NCBI GenBank assembly: GCA_001938485.1
Contig: MQRK01233895.1
Coordinates: 1 to 64,000 of the forward strand
Length of the DNA stretch: 64,000 nt
Direction of reading: 5' to 3'
Origin: Girardia tigrina
Taxonomy: Eukaryota
Shown here: positions 39,581 to 52,775 of the stretch, in pieces
How the letters are laid out: every line of letters starts with the position of its first letter
Position numbering within the stretch: the stretch's first letter is position 1
The notes under the pieces: model-generated
The model's database searches: none
What the model saw: the letters and a program-made list of their open reading frames with translations, nothing else
What the model was told of the DNA's origin: nothing
Translations under genes and position numbers: made by a program

Positions 39581-41169
39581 ATAAAAATAAATAACATTTC
39601 TTATAGTTATATTATCAGTTATTTATGGTATTTTGCAATTTTCATTTGAAAATTGTTTATTTTCATAGTATTTGTTTAAGACGAATATTTATCATTTGTT
39701 TAAATGATATAATTTCGTCATTTTTCACTTATTCAAATGTTAATTTAGAAACACCTAAAATTTTTAATGGCGGTCGTCATATTGTGTGTATGTGTGTGTC
39801 AACTATTTATTATTGTTATTAATAGCAAAGGGCAATAACGTTTAAACGTTTATCCTTTCACGACGACCTCCTAAAATAAAATAATAATGTAACTGAAGGG
39901 CATCTTTTAGTGCTTTTTGTTATAATTTAAGATCATATCAACATTTTCTATGACGATTGTGTATAAATAGAATAAATTAATTTTATTAATTCTGTTCAGT
40001 AAATTTCTTTAAAATACAAACGGATAACTTTAGACTTGTTAAATATAGATTCTTTAGAAAGCGATAATCTTATTGTGATTAGTCACATATGTTTAATAAA
40101 TTTGAAAAATTATTTTTATCAAGAAAACATTTGATACTCAATTTAAATTAAATTGCTAAACATTTCTGGTAAACAATTATTGGGGAATTATTATAAAAAG
40201 TTTATAAAAATTTTAGAACTACTCACATAAACTATTATTATTTTGGTGGTAAAATTTGAGAAAAATTAGTTTTTTCTTGTCAAACTTATATTTAAAACTT
40301 ACAATAGGGTAAAGTTCCACAGAAGTTTTGATTTTACATTATTATAATTGACTAATCATGTTAAAATAAATATATTAGGTGATTAATTGGAAATTATTCA
40401 CTAATATATATTTTGGTTGGTTTGTAGGCATAGATACTTAATAATTTAATCAAATCAGAAAACAGACGATTTATCAAAATATAATGTTTTGTTTCTATAA
40501 TAAATACAGAGATATATGACAAACAAGAAGATAGATTAGATTATTAAATATAAACTACTAAACTAACCCTTTGTCGTTGCCTATGTCTAAAAAAACGTTA
40601 ATAGAGCCAAAGCCTTGTTGTTTTAAGATTTTAACGAAATATGGTTTATCGAAATTAATGATATAAAATAAAATAATGATAAAATATATTTATAAATAAT
40701 TATCGATTTTATTTAAATATATAATTGCTACAAGTTTATCCTGTCTGTGTTCATTTGTTGATAATTCTTCACGAATATGGGATAGAGGCTTATTCAATTG
40801 TTAATTTCCTATCTTTTCTAAAAAGTTCTCGTAGTTACCTAATTCTACTGTGAATTTATTTTCTCCGATCAATATAAGTTAACCATTCCCCTCCCTAAAA
40901 CAATTAAACCCATATGTAACAAACTTCAAGGGACTTAATAAAATGTTCGTTATACAGGAATTGATTATATCGGGGTTTAATTGTATTGATTAAGAAAATA
41001 TATTTCTTTCCTAATATTGTTTGAAAAATACCTCGAATTTTAAACCATTTTTTATCTTTTTATAATAATTCTAAAACTTGTATGCTGCATTTAAGTTTTA
41101 TTTCATAAATAATTTTCTTGAGTCTTGGATATGACCTTTAATTTGTTCTTCTTAACTTCTTTTTTTCCT

Positions 41170-42155
41170 TTCATTTTTTCTTGTTTAATAGAAATAATAT
41201 ACTTAATAATTTATATAAATAATAATATAAATAATGCAATATGTAGATATAAATATAAGAAGACAATAATAATGATAATAATAATAATAATAATAATACA
41301 TTAATGACTACATATAATTAATAAGTAAAGTTATGTAAATAGCGATAATAATTATGTTATTTAAGGAAGTGACAGAAAAAATAATACACGTGTTCGAGGA
41401 CAAAGATTCTACACTAGAAAATATTTTAATAAACCAACATAAATACACACATACATCGTCCATATAACAAATAAAATGAGAGTTGAAGGTTGACTCTTTT
41501 CTGAACAAATACAAATTGTAATACAAATTTGCTTAATACAAATTTAGAAATTTTCTAAATTTGTTAATTGTGTAATATTTTATTTAATTAATTTAAATTT
41601 AATATTGTAATATCTTCCATCGCCCTCGGTTTAATAAGTTTAAACCACTCTCTATTCCTCACCAATAATTTTACGTTTTTATCTAGTAATTAATAACTTC
41701 TTTCATGTCGCTTTTTATGAATTTTCATCGGCCCTTCTTAAAGGTAATTTTTTTATCTTTATTTCTTCTACTTCAACTTTCACTAGAACATGTTCTCCAA
41801 CATTAAATGCTCTATTTTACTGTTTAATATCATCATATGTAATTTTACTTTGATTTTACCTTTCACGATTTCTTTCCATCTCTTTATTACTATAACCTTA
41901 CCTATTTATCGGTAAACCAAATAAGACTTCTGCTGGACATATTTCGATTGACTTTTGTGTTGTGGCATTTAAGGAATATTTAATTTCTGGTAATCAGTAG
42001 ACCTAAGCTTTTCTATTTTAACTTTTACAGCAGAAGATATAAAATCTCGAACCGTCCTAAATTGTTTTTCGATTAACTCATTGGTGTTGGACTTGAATAT
42101 TGTATCTGAAATTTATAATATTCTGCTAGATCCTTCATAACTTTTGATTGAAACT
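41170..42155 (-). mobile_element. Gypsy integrase C-terminal remnant plus LTR start
   Basis: LIEKQFRTVRD, YSLNATTQKS, PAEVLFG, VRNREW; same architecture as the element at 4789-5442. Confidence 0.7.
41266..41298. repeat. (AAT)n microsatellite; (TA)n also at ~913, ~1671 and ~7272, (ATT)n at ~3173
   Basis: Read directly from the sequence. Confidence 0.9.
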
Positions 42156-42639
42156 ATGAGGGGTCAGTTTAAATTTTGCATTTCGCCAAAATAGTTTATT
42201 ATTTTCTTTAATTTGAAAATTTTAAAAAAGTAAATTAAAAAATTAAAATGTAAAGTAAAATATCATAAAAAATAAATACTTATTTAAAATATGCTTGCAG
42301 TCATAAAAATTGATATATTTTAATAAAAGTTATGAAATAAGTTTAAATAAATTTTAAAATAGATAATTAACGCATTAATATTTTAAGAAATAATTTTTAA
42401 TTAAAAGGATTATAATAAATTTAAATTAATTAGTTTTTATGATAAAGTCTTTTAAAAATGTTAGAATTATTTTACAGTTTAAATTTCCTAAAATATTCGT
42501 ACAAAATATAAAAATTATTTTAAAGTTTAAAATTTAGCAAATTTTCAAAATTTAATCGAAAAAATTTAATAGATTAAATTTTGGGCGAAATAATTTAAAT
42601 AACAAGAAATTTGTTTAAATATGTGAATCGTTGATATTA

Positions 42640-43219
42640 ATAAATTTTGTGGTGCTAAATTATGACTTTTGGAATTTATAATGCAGTCAAAAGTATTGGT
42701 ATGTCTTTTAGAGCCTCTAAGTGTGCCATTCTTGATATCCCATACAAAAAGAACACACACATAACAATCGACCATGCAGACATACCACATCTTGAAGTTG
42801 ACGAGGGATACATGTACTTAGGATCATTTATAGGTCGCATTGTCACATACACATCTGAGAAACTATTCTCTGACATCCTCGCTGACTTAAATTTTATTAA
42901 CATGTCACTCCTCCTTCCTTGGCAAAAACTGCATGCATACATGTTATTCGAACACTCTAAATTTATCTTTAACTTTAGAAACTCATTCATTCCATTTAGC
43001 AAGCTAACAGAGTTTGTTACAGGATGGGATATCAACATTAGGAGATTTTTCAAGGATGTACTAGGAGTACCCGACAACAAATCAACACCCTACATCTATA
43101 TTTCTCGTTCCAATGGAGGAGCTGGAATGACTTCTGCCATAGATGAATATATAATCCAATCCATCAGTCACTCCTTTTACATGTTAAACTCCACTGACCC
43201 AAATATTTCAGAAGCTGCC
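42640..43219 (+). mobile_element. RLE-type (NeSL/Utopia/R2-like) non-LTR retrotransposon RT fragment, runs into a gap
   Basis: GMSFRASKCA, YMYLGS, LLPWQKL and YIYISRSNGGAGM motifs. Confidence 0.85.
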
Positions 43220-46200
43220 NNNNNNNNNNNNNNNNNNNNNNNNNNNNNNNNNNNNNNNNNNNNNNNNNNNNNNNNNNNNNNNNNNNNNNNNNNNNNNNNN
43301 NNNNNNNNNNNNNNNNNNNNNNNNNNNNNNNNNNNNNNNNNNNNNNNNNNNNNNNNNNNNNNNNNNNNNNNNNNNNNNNNNNNNNNNNNNNNNNNNNNNN
43401 NNNNNNNNNNNNNNNNNNNNNNNNNNNNNNNNNNNNNNNNNNNNNNNNNNNNNNNNNNNNNNNNNNNNNNNNNNNNNNNNNNNNNNNNNNNNNNNNNNNN
43501 NNNNNNNNNNNNNNNNNNNNNNNNNNNNNNNNNNNNNNNNNNNNNNNNNNNNNNNNNNNNNNNNNNNNNNNNNNNNNNNNNNNNNNNNNNNNNNNNNNNN
43601 NNNNNNNNNNNNNNNNNNNNNNNNNNNNNNNNNNNNNNNNNNNNNNNNNNNNNNNNNNNNNNNNNNNNNNNNNNNNNNNNNNNNNNNNNNNNNNNNNNNN
43701 NNNNNNNNNNNNNNNNNNNNNNNNNNNNNNNNNNNNNNNNNNNNNNNNNNNNNNNNNNNNNNNNNNNNNNNNNNNNNNNNNNNNNNNNNNNNNNNNNNNN
43801 NNNNNNNNNNNNNNNNNNNNNNNNNNNNNNNNNNNNNNNNNNNNNNNNNNNNNNNNNNNNNNNNNNNNNNNNNNNNNNNNNNNNNNNNNNNNNNNNNNNN
43901 NNNNNNNNNNNNNNNNNNNNNNNNNNNNNNNNNNNNNNNNNNNNNNNNNNNNNNNNNNNNNNNNNNNNNNNNNNNNNNNNNNNNNNNNNNNNNNNNNNNN
44001 NNNNNNNNNNNNNNNNNNNNNNNNNNNNNNNNNNNNNNNNNNNNNNNNNNNNNNNNNNNNNNNNNNNNNNNNNNNNNNNNNNNNNNNNNNNNNNNNNNNN
44101 NNNNNNACAAACATGAAGATGTGATGCACGATCCAAATGCCGGCTTCGAAGCTCTTCAAGAAGGGCCCATTTTTGATGAGTGTGATTCTGACTCTGTGTT
44201 TGGAGAGGATCACGGGTTATGGTATATATGGTTGTATGTTCAACATTCTGACGATTCATATTAGTATTGGGATCAAGATTTTGAATGCTTGTGTTAGATA
44301 CAATGACCCAACTTAAGTGTGTTCCCTTCAGTTGAACTGCTATGTATGGCAGAGGTGAGAGTTTTTATGTATGTTGGATCCCAAGTTCTATAACTCAGTT
44401 TGTTTGGCATCACGATTGCTGTCTTCTGTGTTTCTGCTTTGAACATAGAAGAAGATGAACNNNNNNNNNNNNNNNNNNNNNNNNNNNNNNNNNNNNNNNN
44501 NNNNNNNNNNNNNNNNNNNNNNNNNNNNNNNNNCCCTTCTCTCTTTTTCTTCTTTGCCCCACTTCACCTTCCACTCAGAAAATGTGCCGTAAAGCACTAA
44601 AACTAAATTGTAACAAATCACTGTGTTTTCAATAAACATTTTGCAAAAAAAAAATAATGAAAGTGGCATAAAAGATACTTGTAGAAAATATTTTCCACAA
44701 TCTAAATACATTACTCAAGGGGCACCATATTTTAATATCCATCGTTTCAAAGGTGTATTAGTAGTTACCTTTTCATCTTGTTTGGCTACATCATTTACAG
44801 AATTTTATCGAAGAATTTTAGCTAAAAAATGTACTTTTTCCTTTGAAATGCCTGTTTGTATTATCTCACAACATGCATCAATGACCTCGTTTGTAATAAA
44901 CCATTCATTGTATCTAAAGTAATTATAAAAATTGACACTTTGATACTTGAAATATAATTGTCCATATCAGAGAATTTTAATCAACAATGAAAAAAGTATG
45001 AAAAAAATTATGAAAGATTTTTAACTTATTATATATTTTTAGATATTTTTATTATATCTATACTAGAATAGCTCAATGTTGTCTGTCTGTAACACTCAAC
45101 CCACACTCAAATAATTTATTATTTTTATAAATATTATTTTTATGTGTCTGGAAGAGAGAGTTTGTGTATGGGTTATGCAAAATATGATTAATATGATATT
45201 ATTGAAAATTTTCAAATGTGATTCATATACCTGAACAATAAAATGAATTTAGCAAAACATGTTGAATGGCAACTTATAATTGATTTTTTTCTCTCATTGT
45301 ATGTAATTTCGCTTTATTCCTCAAACTTTTTTTCGCATCGGTTACATTCATGACAGTACTAGAGCGCTTTGGTCACAGATTGCAATGAACAATATTTAAC
45401 TTTCTAAACTTAGTTCATAGCGATGGCGGAAGGGAAGTTCATGTAAAAACTAGATGAAAACTCCACAGAAATCATAGATAAGCTAACTTGTCGCAGTATT
45501 TTCCCGTAAGAAGGACGGTTAGTGTGCAGATAGTTGAAGTAGACATATAGTGTCATGAAGTGGTTTGCTAAAAGTAGGAGCCAGGACACCGAAATTGAAT
45601 GAGAAGCAGTAACAATAATGAAAACATTGGCAGAGAGAGTTACAGTAGAAGATTCAGTTCAAGTCCACTGAGCTGCGAAGAAGTGAGTCTATTTCTATTC
45701 CAGTTCAATAGCGGTTGGAGTGTACGTCGAGATTTGCGAATTAGTTATTGAGGGCTTTTGCTAATTAGAACCAAAATAAACAGCAGCCCCATATATCTGG
45801 CAGAACTTGAAGCGGAAAATTTGGTCATAAAGGAAGTAGTGAAAAGGGGACTGCGTAAAATAGAGCTTTTCACAGATTCTGCGACAGTGCACCAGTGGCT
45901 CACAGTGGTTGTTTTAATATAAGAAAGAAAACAATCAAAAGCAAGATTAGCCTCTTCAAACAAGTGTTGAGGATAAATAATTCACGATGATAATTATTCT
46001 CGTCGACTAGGAGTAACGGAGTAAGCGACAAATAGCGCAGAAAATTAAGAAAATACAACCGGAATTTCTTGAATTAGCTATCAAGTCATACTAAGATCGG
46101 CAGGAAATAACTTTGAGAACATTATTTATAGAATTATTCAATGAATTTTTGATGAAATAGAATGTTGCAAATTTTCGTAATTTATTAAATAATTTGTTTT

Positions 46201-46238
46201 CTATTAGTTTTAAACCATTAAATAATCATTATCTACAT

Positions 46239-46669
46239 CAGTGGTTCTCAACTAATTTAAAAACGCGGAACACAATTCACATGAATTTTTTTACGCGGAA
46301 CACTGACAAAAAATTCATTGAAAAATTCTCTATCGAACGTATTATTTCGTTTTTGAATANNNNNNNNNNNNNNNNNNNNNNNNNNNNNNNNNNNNNNNNN
46401 NNNNNNNNNNNNNNNNNNNNNNNNNNNNNNNNNNNAAAGAAAATTTATTCAACAAAGAAATACTTACACGAAAAGACATTTAAACATTCACAGTGCAATT
46501 AACATACAAAATGTATAAACAAAAATAAAACAGCAAGAAAATTAATGTGATATGTTTGATTTGTATCTTAAATGCAAATTTAAAGATAAAATGTAGATAT
46601 TTTCGCGGAACACTGAAAGCTGATTCGCGGAACACTGATGTGCCACGGAACACGGGTTGAGAACCACTG
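46239..46669. mobile_element. hAT-type MITE
   Basis: TIR CAGTGGTTCTCAAC / GTTGAGAACCACTG; 8-bp TSD ATCTACAT; CGCGGAACAC subterminal repeats. Confidence 0.92.
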
Positions 46670-47151
46670 ATCTACATTGATACAAAACTTGACTCAAATT
46701 TAGGACTTCAAAAATAATTTTTTTATTTGTTTCCATTTCATATATAGTTTTACTTCATTGTCCATTTTTATTGATTGATAGAAATAATGACTTATGTAAT
46801 AAAATTTTCCCTGGTTCATATTTTTACGAAAAAGCAATTTAAAAATGCTTTCTTTAGTAATCTTATCTCATATTCTAAAGTTTTAATTGTCACAGAAATT
46901 TGATATTATCTTGTATATTTAATTTTATTTTTAAATCCAAATACATTTAATTTTAGAATTTAAGTCGGCAAACAGATTTTGTATTTCTATTATGAAGGTT
47001 TTTCTTAAGAAAAATAAAACCTCGTAAACAGAAACACAAATAATTTAAACAAAATTTTCAAAAAACTTTAGTTTTTTTAACGTTGTTTAAATAATCGAAT
47101 TTGTTGACCTTGAACATCTACCAGTATTTGAAATTCATACACTAAATCAAA

Positions 47152-47328
47152 ATGAGTAATACAAAGCCTTCAAATTCAGGTAATTTTAATGATTATTGTA
47201 ATACGTTTCGAATTTTGTCAGAAAATATTGTGTTAGAGGGATCAGATGAATTACAGAGTATAATTGAACCCGACCAGACTTATTTAAAAGACCGAATCGA
47301 AATTCCCGATGACGACGACCAAATTTAT
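47152..47328 (+). CDS. Nramp: NRAMP/DMT1 (SLC11) transporter, probable first coding exon (N-terminal tail)
   Basis: ATG-initiated frame ending ...QTYLKDRIEIPDDDDQIY, resembling the NRAMP 'TYFxEKIxIP' N-terminal motif. GTTAGT donor at 47329; phase 0 joins in frame to the exon at 51211. Confidence 0.75.
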
Positions 47329-47581
47329 GTTAGTTCTATATTTAATGGCGGTCCTGAAACGATCTTTTCGTTTGTATATTTGTTTTAGTTGAACAATTTT
47401 CATATTCCCACTGCTCAAATATTATATAAATTTAAAAAATAAAAAATAGAAAAAATCAATTTTAAAAAATAAAGATTTTTCAAAAATTTAAAAACAGAAA
47501 AATAAAAACAATTAAGTGTGTACTTGTGTATCGGTCCTGCTGGTTTGAGATTGTAAATTAATGGAAACAGTTTAACTACTT

Positions 47582-47870
47582 TCAGGAATATTTTGAATGT
47601 TTGATGTTTTGTGTTTGAATGTGTATGTTGATTTGTAATTGCGTCTCTCCTACCCAGATGGATGATTAATGTTTGAATTTTTTGTTATCTGAAAATATGT
47701 AATGTTTAAATTTATTTCTAATTTAAAGTGATTATAAAATTTTAAATAAGTCGATTAATTTTTAAGTAAATAAATTAATTTAATATTTTTTAAATAATTA
47801 ATAATCATTTTAATTTTTAACTAATAAAATTTATAGTAAATATTTTAATGGACAATTTAATCTCCATTTA
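47582..47870 (+). repeat. LTR-like repeat family copy (NRAMP intron 1)
   Basis: AGGAATATTTTGAATGTTTGATG...GTCTCTCCTACCCAGATGG. Confidence 0.75.
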
Positions 47871-49502
47871 CTCCATTTGTCAAGTTGCGTTGCAAAGCTT
47901 CTATCTATTAGTATCAGTGAATGATGTGACGTTCTGATTTATCTTCAACAAGACGTATTTATGCTCAAAGATTTCAGTAAAATAAGAATACAATCAGCGT
48001 AATAATAAGGGCTGCAAAAAAAGCAACGTTTACTCCAAAGAAACCCAGAATTCGGATTCACTTGCATTATATCATGAAACTTTTCAATGACACTTATAAG
48101 CGTTAGAGGTTCTTCCTGTGTTTACGAGTTTTTTAATGTTGCATTTTCAATACCATGGAAGAAACGAAGGGCAATATTTAATGATTGGAAGAAATTAATA
48201 ATGATATGGACTCAAGTGACAAAAGTCGATCCAAAGAGGTGGCCAGTGAGGAAAGTACTGATTAAGATTATACTTTCAGTGATATATTTAAAATAAATAT
48301 TCTTTAATAACTAGTACAAAATGTATTATTTTTTTGAAAATAAATGTATTCGTACTATTGTACTTTAATATAATCAGGTTCTTTCAGTCCAAAATAGACT
48401 CTTCCATCACATCGTATTGATATTATATATTATAAATAATAATATATATTATATATTATACATTATGCGGGTACGAAATTTAAGTCTCGAAAATTAAAAT
48501 TTTCAAAAATGAAAAATTCAAGTAAAATATATAAAAAATTAAAATTCATAAAATTTTAGAAAAAAATTACTTATAATAAAAATATAAAATAATAGAATAA
48601 TATATAAACATAATTATAAATATAAAGAAATTATAAATATATTTTTTTGGCTATGAAGAAATAGTTAATTAAAATTTTACTGATGGAGAATTAAATAATT
48701 AAATATTATTTAAGATTAAAATCAAATTAAAAACTTTAAGTTAAATATTTAAATAATACTTTAAAATTGAAGTTTTCATTTTTATTATTTAAAAAAACCA
48801 ATTAATTTTCGAAACTTAAAAGTCGTGCTCCGTACATTATAAATGATATACTATTAATTAAAATTTTCTGTCTTAAACGATTTTTTAAGTCTCAAAATAT
48901 TTTATTTATTAAATTCTAATTTTAATATTTTTAAATTTATTCCATTTTATAGACAAATGTCTGTTGATTTGTTTTCGTTAATATTTAAAAACAATTATAG
49001 TGTTTCCACTTATTTTTAATGAAACAATATATTAAAAATATTTAATTAATAATTGAAACTGATAAATTGTTTACGACAAATTTTTTTGATCTAATAATAT
49101 ATTTAAAAATTAGTCATTTGGTGATAAAAAATCGCGTAACAAAATTTGGAAATCTCTCATCTGCGGATTATAATGAAAATGAATGTCTGATTAATTGGAT
49201 AATGATTTATAAGCGTTTACAAAATTAATTTAAATATTTATTGTGAAATAAGAATATTGGATACCTGTTGATCTTATAAATTTAATTTTTATAATTAATT
49301 TTGACAAAATAACTTATTAAAAATGCATGATCATGTGCTTCAATCTCTTGATTTGCGCAATTTCACACATAAGAATTAAATAGTAAAGCGTGATAAATTT
49401 CAATTAATTAATTTATAATTTGAATTAAAGCAACGTTTCGAATATTCTGACATGTTTTTCATGATGTATTTCAGAGTACTCTAGAAAAGGGACTTTTGTA
49501 AT

Positions 49503-49820
49503 TGTGAGGAATATTTGGTGTGTAATTGTTTTTTTGTAGTGTTTGCATGTTTAAATATTGTGTGTTGATTTGGGATTGTGCCTCTTCTAATCAGATGGAT
49601 GATCGATATTTTATTTCTTATAATCTGAAACTAATTTATTTTAATTTAGATTTAATATTCAAATTTTTAATTTTTATTATTGCAACTTTTAAATAATTTT
49701 ATTTTTGTAAATTTTTAAATAATTAAAATCAAATTAATGTTTAAAAATTATTATAAAAATATTTTATTTCAGCCAATAAAATTTTAATTAAATATTTTTA
49801 AATAAAATAATCTTCTCAAG
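49503..49820 (+). repeat. LTR-like repeat family copy (NRAMP intron 1)
   Basis: TGTGAGGAATATT start; degenerate core CTCTTCTAATCAGATGG. Confidence 0.7.
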
Positions 49821-51210
49821 TATAGTTCAGATTATAATGAGAGATATTGAAAATTGAGTGATGGATTATAGTGAAAGCAATACTATTGATCATCATAAAG
49901 ATGATAAGAAATGTGAATGTAATAAATGTTCTGTCAAATGTGGGAGTTCTCTTTACAGTAATAAATCATAACTAATGATAATTATTATCGAATTATTTAA
50001 TTAATAAAATTATATATAACTTCAAAATTGATTCATGTAATCCGTAATTGTAGTGTTTAACATTGATTTTATACCTTAACTTAATGTTCTTTTGTTTCAA
50101 TGCACAATTGTTTTGTTGGGATTCATATTAATTATCAGACATCCAATTAATTTAAACAATTTTCAAGTATAAAACTGTAAAATATAAAGTTAAGTCTTTT
50201 AGAATAATTTCAATTATTTTCATCTTTTAATTGACTCAATAGTTTCCTAATATGTACATCTTAATATAATGTATATAAATTTCAATTTATTTCAAAGTTC
50301 TGTTTATTAATTTGATTATTTAACTGATTTTTACTTGAAACGGAAACACGAAGTCTATGGAAATATTTTTTTTAATTTCTGTGTCTTAATTTTCATCATC
50401 AGAACAAATGATTTGCGTAAAGAATTATTCATGTTGTACTGTTACGATTTATGGAATCATTATATCAGCAGATCATATGAATAATACTTCATATGCTTCT
50501 CCAATAATTCTTAAATGGAGGGCAGCAGACACGACAAATTAATTTCTGTTTCTTAAATTTCTTTTATTTAATTTTATGAAATTATCTTATTATTATTTAT
50601 TAAATTTTAATCATTTCGACCTTATATTTTATTATTGACAAATTATTAATTAAACTACATAATTAACTTTCTATTTAATGTATGTTTAATAGAAAATTAA
50701 ATACATTTTGTTTAATTTGTCAAAATTAATTAACAAAAAAATTTCAAATACCTAAGTTTTTTATTTTCGATAATATTATAACTGTATTCAATCTTATTTA
50801 ATATCAGTGTTCTCAATTAACACCATAAAAGCAATGTTATATTTCCTTATTATGAGTTCCATAACACTTAAACATATGATCAATAGTTGAATTTTTTCTA
50901 GTAATTTGGTATGTTCAGCCATTCTAGTTCGAGGATGAAAATTTGTCTCTTCAATATGCTAAGATTCACATTTGAAATAGTTATAAACTTGTTTTCATAC
51001 CAAATTGTGTTTTATGTTTTTTCGAGAAAATTAGATATATTATTAGTTGAAAACAAAACTCTTTTTATAAAACTAACTGGATCGTATGTTTCTCCCACTC
51101 ATGTAAATTCCTTTTTACATTCAGCGTATGGCAATTTAAATTATTTACAATTAATTAGTTTTATTATTATTTTTAATATTTAAATTACAAAACTGTATTA
51201 ATATTTTAAG

Positions 51211-51339
51211 GAAAAGTCAAGTTTTAGTTTCAAAAAATTATGGGCTTTCACTGGTCCAGGATTTTTGATGAGTATAGCTTATTTAGATCCTGGCAATATA
51301 GAATCAGATTTACAAAGTGGATCAATAGCTAAATTTAAG
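51211..51339 (+). CDS. Nramp: NRAMP exon (TM1, DPGN motif)
   Basis: ttttaag| [43 protein letters not shown] |gtttgt; signature NRAMP TM1. Confidence 0.97.
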
Positions 51340-51416
51340 GTTTGTTATTATTTCAAATTCAATTGTAAATATCGATAATTCTTTAATTAACTTAAAAAAT
51401 ATTTTTCTTTTTTTAG

Positions 51417-51596
51417 CTATTGTGGTTACTTCTTCTCGCTACATTTTTGGGTTTACTAATGCAGAGATTGTCTGTTAGATTGGGGGTTGTAACTGGAATG
51501 AACCTAGCCGAAGTCTGTTATAGACGTTATCCTAAAGTACCAAGGGTACTTCTTTGGATAATGATAGAGATTGCAATAATCGGTTCTGATATGCAG
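51417..51596 (+). CDS. Nramp: NRAMP exon (TM2-TM3)
   Basis: ttttag| [34 protein letters not shown]...[10 protein letters not shown] |gttcat. Confidence 0.97.
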
Positions 51597-51642
51597 GTTC
51601 ATTTTTAATAAATTAATATTTTAATGTAAATCAATTGAAAAG

Positions 51643-51828
51643 GAAGTGATCGGAACAGCAATAGCATTAAATTTATTAAGTAATGGTCTAATACCACTTT
51701 ACGGGGGTGTACTAATTACCATTGTTGATACATTTACCTTCCTGTTGCTCGACAAATATGGATTACGAAAATTAGAAGCATTTTTCGGTTTCTTAATTAC
51801 AATAATGGGAATTTCATTCGGATATCAG
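51643..51828 (+). CDS. Nramp: NRAMP exon (TM3-TM5)
   Basis: aaag| [13 protein letters not shown]...[24 protein letters not shown] |gtgttt. Confidence 0.96.
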
Positions 51829-52475
51829 GTGTTTGTAACTAATTGAATTTTTTATTTATACTTTTTTTATTTTTATGTCTTTTTTTATGCCTTTTATTTA
51901 TACTTTATTTGTTGTCTAAACCAAATATAACAAAATTATCTAAGATTATAGAAGATTGATATATTATATATTAACAAAAAAATTTCAAATGCCTAAGTTT
52001 TTTATTTTCGATAATATTATAACTGTATTCATTTCATTTCGTTTATTTTCCGATCAAATTCGTAATCGTTAACTATATAAACATTGTTAAATAAATTTAT
52101 AATTTTTTTATAAAAAATCATTTAATCCTATGTTAAATAATAATCATCAACAAGAACCCACAAGCAAAAACATAAACATATCAGACAATGAACAGAGCGC
52201 AAGAACAGTAATAAGATCGGGTGTTCAAATATCACTTTTACAAGGATCTCAACAGGCAGCAACCAGCGACTTGCAGCACGAACCACATAATAATATGAAC
52301 GTTCCGACTCATTTCATAGGAAAATGTTGGGATGTATTACAAGATCATTGGACAGAAGTAATCAATGAATAACAATTTTGAACAAATTTTAATTAACTTA
52401 TTTATTTAACATTCCTATTTTTTTAGTTTATATAATTTTATAATAATTTTTTATAATTTTTATAATTATAGGATT

Positions 52476-52775
52476 TGTGAGGAATATTTGAATGTTTGAT
52501 GTTCTGTGTTTGAATGTTATATATTGATTTGGAATTTTGTCTCTCCTACCCAGATGGTTGAAAATTATTTTAATTCTTATTATCTGAAAATATGTAATGT
52601 TTAAATTTGTTTCTAATTTCAAATAATTGTAAAATTTTAAATGAGTTAATTAATTTTATTTACAATTTTAAATAAATAAATTGAATTAATATTTTTTAAA
52701 TAAATAATAATCATTTTAATTTTTATCCAATTAAATTTTGAATAAATATTTTCACAATTATTTATTTCTCTATTT
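52476..52775 (+). repeat. LTR-like repeat family copy (NRAMP intron 4)
   Basis: TGTGAGGAATATT start; core GTCTCTCCTACCCAGATGG. Confidence 0.75.

Noticed and set aside
39765-39800. AATGGCGG YY1-like promoter motif as the NRAMP promoter
   Set aside because: A single short motif 7 kb upstream of the first coding exon, with no supporting evidence.
45420-46110. Higher-GC stretch resembling decayed coding sequence (also 20760-21200, 44107-44460, 58500-58830, 140-290)
   Set aside because: No motif I can assign with confidence; likely old TE debris.
50390-50403. CTGATGA...GAAA hammerhead-like core on the - strand
   Set aside because: No stem II between the two boxes.
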